From positions 2,144,001 through 2,208,000 of the forward strand of contig CBDCJO010000002.1 in the NCBI GenBank assembly GCA_965217865.1: 64,000 nucleotides of DNA, in the 5' to 3' direction. A model generated the notes under the pieces. It ran no database searches, was not told the DNA's origin, and saw only the letters and a list, made by a program, of their open reading frames with translations. Source of the DNA: Candidatus Latescibacterota bacterium. Its GTDB lineage: Bacteria > Latescibacterota > UBA2968 > SICM01. Each line of letters starts with the position of its first letter. Position 1 is the stretch's first letter. The position numbers and the translations under genes were made by a program. This document shows, piece after piece, positions 61,372 to 64,000 of the stretch.

Positions 61372-62949
61372 ATGCCAATTCGTCGAATCGAGCCGGCCTT
61401 GGTAGTCGATGGCCGGCCTGGCGGCCTGTTGGTTGGGCTAATAAGGGTGTTGCCTGAGATGGACGCAATGACGGAGTCTGCCCGATCCGCGGGTTCGGAT
61501 GGGTTGTTGGCCCAGGCCGAGATGATCCTTCGCCAAATAGAAGGATCGGGACGGGGGGACCTCAATCACTCCGAACTTTCATCCGTCGTCAACATTCTGA
61601 GCCGGCTGTGCGAACGGGTGCGGATGCTCGAACAGGAGAGGGCGTCCTCGATCGCCAGCGAACAACAAATCCACCACGATTTCCGGGAGTCCATCGACGA
61701 ACTGATTCGGGTGCAGGAACTCTCTGGGACGATCTCAAGCAGCCTGGACCTGAATGCTATCTTGGATTCTCTCTCGAAATTGACGCGGCAGATCGTCCCT
61801 TACAAGGACTTTGGGGTCTTTCGGATTAGCGAAGCCGATGAGGACCTCTCTCCTCTTTCTGTCCAGGCCACGACCAAAAAGTTTGTGGAACAAATTCAGA
61901 GGCTCTGGAGGGAAAAAGTCGTCGACTGGACGATCCAGAAGGGACATCCGACGATCATCGACCTCGCTTCGGTTGAGGAAGAAGGATACGCGGGGGGGGG
62001 GAGCCTTGTGATCGCCCCGATGCTGGGTGTGGAAGGATCCAACGCCTTCTTTGTGTTGGCCTGTGACAAACCTCAGGAAGATTTCACGGCCGGAGAGCTG
62101 GATCTGATCGCTATTCTGTCGAAGCAGGCCGCCATCGCCCTGGACAACGCCAGTCTCTATGAAAACCTCGCAGATACCAACCGGAAACTTCGTGAATCAC
62201 AGGGTCAGCTCGTCCAGGCGGGAAAGCTGGCTGCCGTCGGGCAGTTGGCGGGTGGGGTCGCCCACGAAGTCAACAATCCTCTCCAAATCATTCTGAGCCG
62301 AGTCCAGCTCCTGATGATAAGGCACAGCCAGGTCCCCCGGCTTCAGGACGATCTCAAACTAATCGAATCAAATGTCAGACGGATCTCCAAGATCATCAGG
62401 AGCCTCCTCGACTTTGCCCGCTATAACAGCGGTGAAATGGAATGGGCTGACGAGGATGTGGCACACCTCGCAAGGCAAACCTGCACCCTGGTCCAGCACC
62501 AGTTTGAAAAAGCGGATATCTCGTTGATCATTAAGGCGCCCCGTGGCCTCTCGAAGGTCTACGGAAACGCGGGGGAGATCGAACAGGTCTTTCTCAATCT
62601 TCTCCTGAATGCCCAGCATGCCATGCCTTCCGGGGGACGAATAACGATCGGGATGAAGGAGGATCTGGGGTATTTGGTGGTAAAGGTCTCGGACACGGGC
62701 GTCGGGATTCCCGATGATCTCCTCCCCAAAATTTTTGAACCCTTCTTTACCACGCGAGGCTCCGAAGGCGGCACCGGGCTCGGTTTGTCCATAATCCACG
62801 GGATCGTTCAAAAACACCGGGGACGAATCGAGGTCGAGAGCCAGCCGGGAAAGGGCACGACATTCACCGTCTACCTCCCCCCATCGGAGAAAAGATTGAA
62901 ACCCGAATCCGACCTGCGACCCCGCTCCCCCCAATTCCCCGATGAATGA
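61372..62949 (+). CDS. GAF-domain sensor histidine kinase
   Basis: F...EL.L..IL..QAAIALDNA, AHEVNNPL, GTGLGL. Confidence 0.92.
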   Translation: MPIRRIEPALVVDGRPGGLLVGLIRVLPEMDAMTESARSAGSDGLLAQAEMILRQIEGSGRGDLNHSELSSVVNILSRLCERVRMLEQERASSIASEQQIHHDFRESIDELIRVQELSGTISSSLDLNAILDSLSKLTRQIVPYKDFGVFRISEADEDLSPLSVQATTKKFVEQIQRLWREKVVDWTIQKGHPTIIDLASVEEEGYAGGGSLVIAPMLGVEGSNAFFVLACDKPQEDFTAGELDLIAILSKQAAIALDNASLYENLADTNRKLRESQGQLVQAGKLAAVGQLAGGVAHEVNNPLQIILSRVQLLMIRHSQVPRLQDDLKLIESNVRRISKIIRSLLDFARYNSGEMEWADEDVAHLARQTCTLVQHQFEKADISLIIKAPRGLSKVYGNAGEIEQVFLNLLLNAQHAMPSGGRITIGMKEDLGYLVVKVSDTGVGIPDDLLPKIFEPFFTTRGSEGGTGLGLSIIHGIVQKHRGRIEVESQPGKGTTFTVYLPPSEKRLKPESDLRPRSPQFPDE

Positions 62950-63439
62950 CTTCTTGAGCGGATTTGAGACGCTTCTTTGGGCGATTCCGGTCCTGTTCAG
63001 CCTGGGTTTGTTGTTTGCGATCCTGCTTTGGTGCAGGAGTTGGCGCACAGAGGAACAATTGAAGACGGACCGGCGTCTCGAAATCTTCACCTCCCACTTG
63101 ACGAATCTTTCCGATGCCCTGGAAAAGTTGGAAAAGATTCTTTCCGCTGCCCGAGACGAAGACAGGCAACTTGCGGAACAGGTGAAGACCCTATCCGCTG
63201 ATGTGCACCAGGTCCTTACCCCTGCCCCGTCCAGACCGACCCGTTCCCCCTCCGCCAAGTCCGAAGATCCCGATCGGCGTCCGGATTCCGGAGAAAGATA
63301 TCGTCAAGCCCGAGCGTTGCTGGCGAAAGGGGAACAACCCCTGGAAGTCGCCCGCCGGCTTGACATCGGCCTGGGGGACGTTCAGGTGATTCTCCGAACG
63401 ATGGAGCTTGAAAAGGTACGGGATTCCGCCAAAACATGA
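62942..63439 (+). CDS. Hypothetical membrane-anchored protein with C-terminal HTH-like segment (flagellar-cluster associated)
   Basis: N-terminal TM, coiled coil, RY..A..LL..G....EVARRL.IG.G.V. Confidence 0.65.
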   Translation: MNDFLSGFETLLWAIPVLFSLGLLFAILLWCRSWRTEEQLKTDRRLEIFTSHLTNLSDALEKLEKILSAARDEDRQLAEQVKTLSADVHQVLTPAPSRPTRSPSAKSEDPDRRPDSGERYRQARALLAKGEQPLEVARRLDIGLGDVQVILRTMELEKVRDSAKT

Positions 63440-63526
63440 ACCCCATTGAACCTTCCCACCTTCATCAAACAATTCTGCATCAGTCCTGAAAAAAATACCG
63501 TCCCTACAGAACCTCGGCTGACGACT

Positions 63527-64000
63527 TCAGGTTTTCCGCTTCTGTTTCCTGGCCGCCGGAAACAGGATGTTGTTCAGGATTAGCCTATACCCGGGAGAAT
63601 TCTTGTGGACCCCGAGCATCGTGGGCGGATCCCCCACCAGGTGCTGGTAATCCTCCGGGTCGTGCCCCCCATAGAACGTGAACGTTCCCTTGCCGACATT
63701 CCCGTGAATATATTTTACCCGATCCGTCCCTTCCGTTTCTCCCATAATCGTCAGAGACGGACGAATCCGTTTCCGGTTGAACGCCGTCGTCTGCCCTAGA
63801 AAACCTTTGATGATCGGCGTATGGTTTTGCGTCAACATCGTGGGCACAGGATCATGTTTGGCGGAGAACTCGAACAGGCTGAAGAAATCAGACTCGGGTG
63901 TCCGGATCTGGGAAGCGGATTTTGGAGAGATATCGATATCCGAAAATTCATACTCAAGAGGGTTCTGGACTAACTGGAACTCCTCAAAGGCCACGCACCG
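63527..64000 (-). CDS. Conserved FCB-group protein often labelled 'asparagine synthetase B', partial
   Basis: FEFSAK.DP.PTMLTQNH, YGGHDPEDYQH.VGDPPT, SPGYRLILNNILFPAA; runs off window end. Confidence 0.7.
   Translation of the reverse strand, partial: RCVAFEEFQLVQNPLEYEFSDIDISPKSASQIRTPESDFFSLFEFSAKHDPVPTMLTQNHTPIIKGFLGQTTAFNRKRIRPSLTIMGETEGTDRVKYIHGNVGKGTFTFYGGHDPEDYQHLVGDPPTMLGVHKNSPGYRLILNNILFPAARKQKRKT

Overview
GC-rich bacterial chromosome segment. The gene content (secreted proteins ending in a YPNPFNP...KMLLLK FlgD-Ig/T9SS-like C-terminal domain, cohesin/dockerin-like modules, an FCB-type 'AsnB-like' protein) suggests an FCB-group organism such as Latescibacterota; this is inference only. 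The left two thirds hold intact housekeeping genes (moaC, argF, nrnA, thiE/S/G, smc, serS, citrate synthase, rng, rplU, rpmA, mdh), tRNA-Lys and tRNA-Asp, several glycosyltransferases, an unannotated SelW/Rdx selenoprotein (CxxU with an in-frame UGA and a SECIS-like hairpin) and a pair of secreted cohesin/dockerin-like proteins behind two near-consensus sigma70 promoters and a ~500-nt leader. The right third (38.4-63.4 kb) is a sigma54/sigma28 flagellar cluster in the process of decay. It shows deletions that fuse fliI::flgE, flbD::fliN and fliR::flhA, no fliG, frameshifts, a nonsense codon, an IS1595-family element after flgE and an IS3-family element inside fliO. No CRISPR array, rRNA or prophage was seen. 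All product calls come from motif recognition, not database searches.
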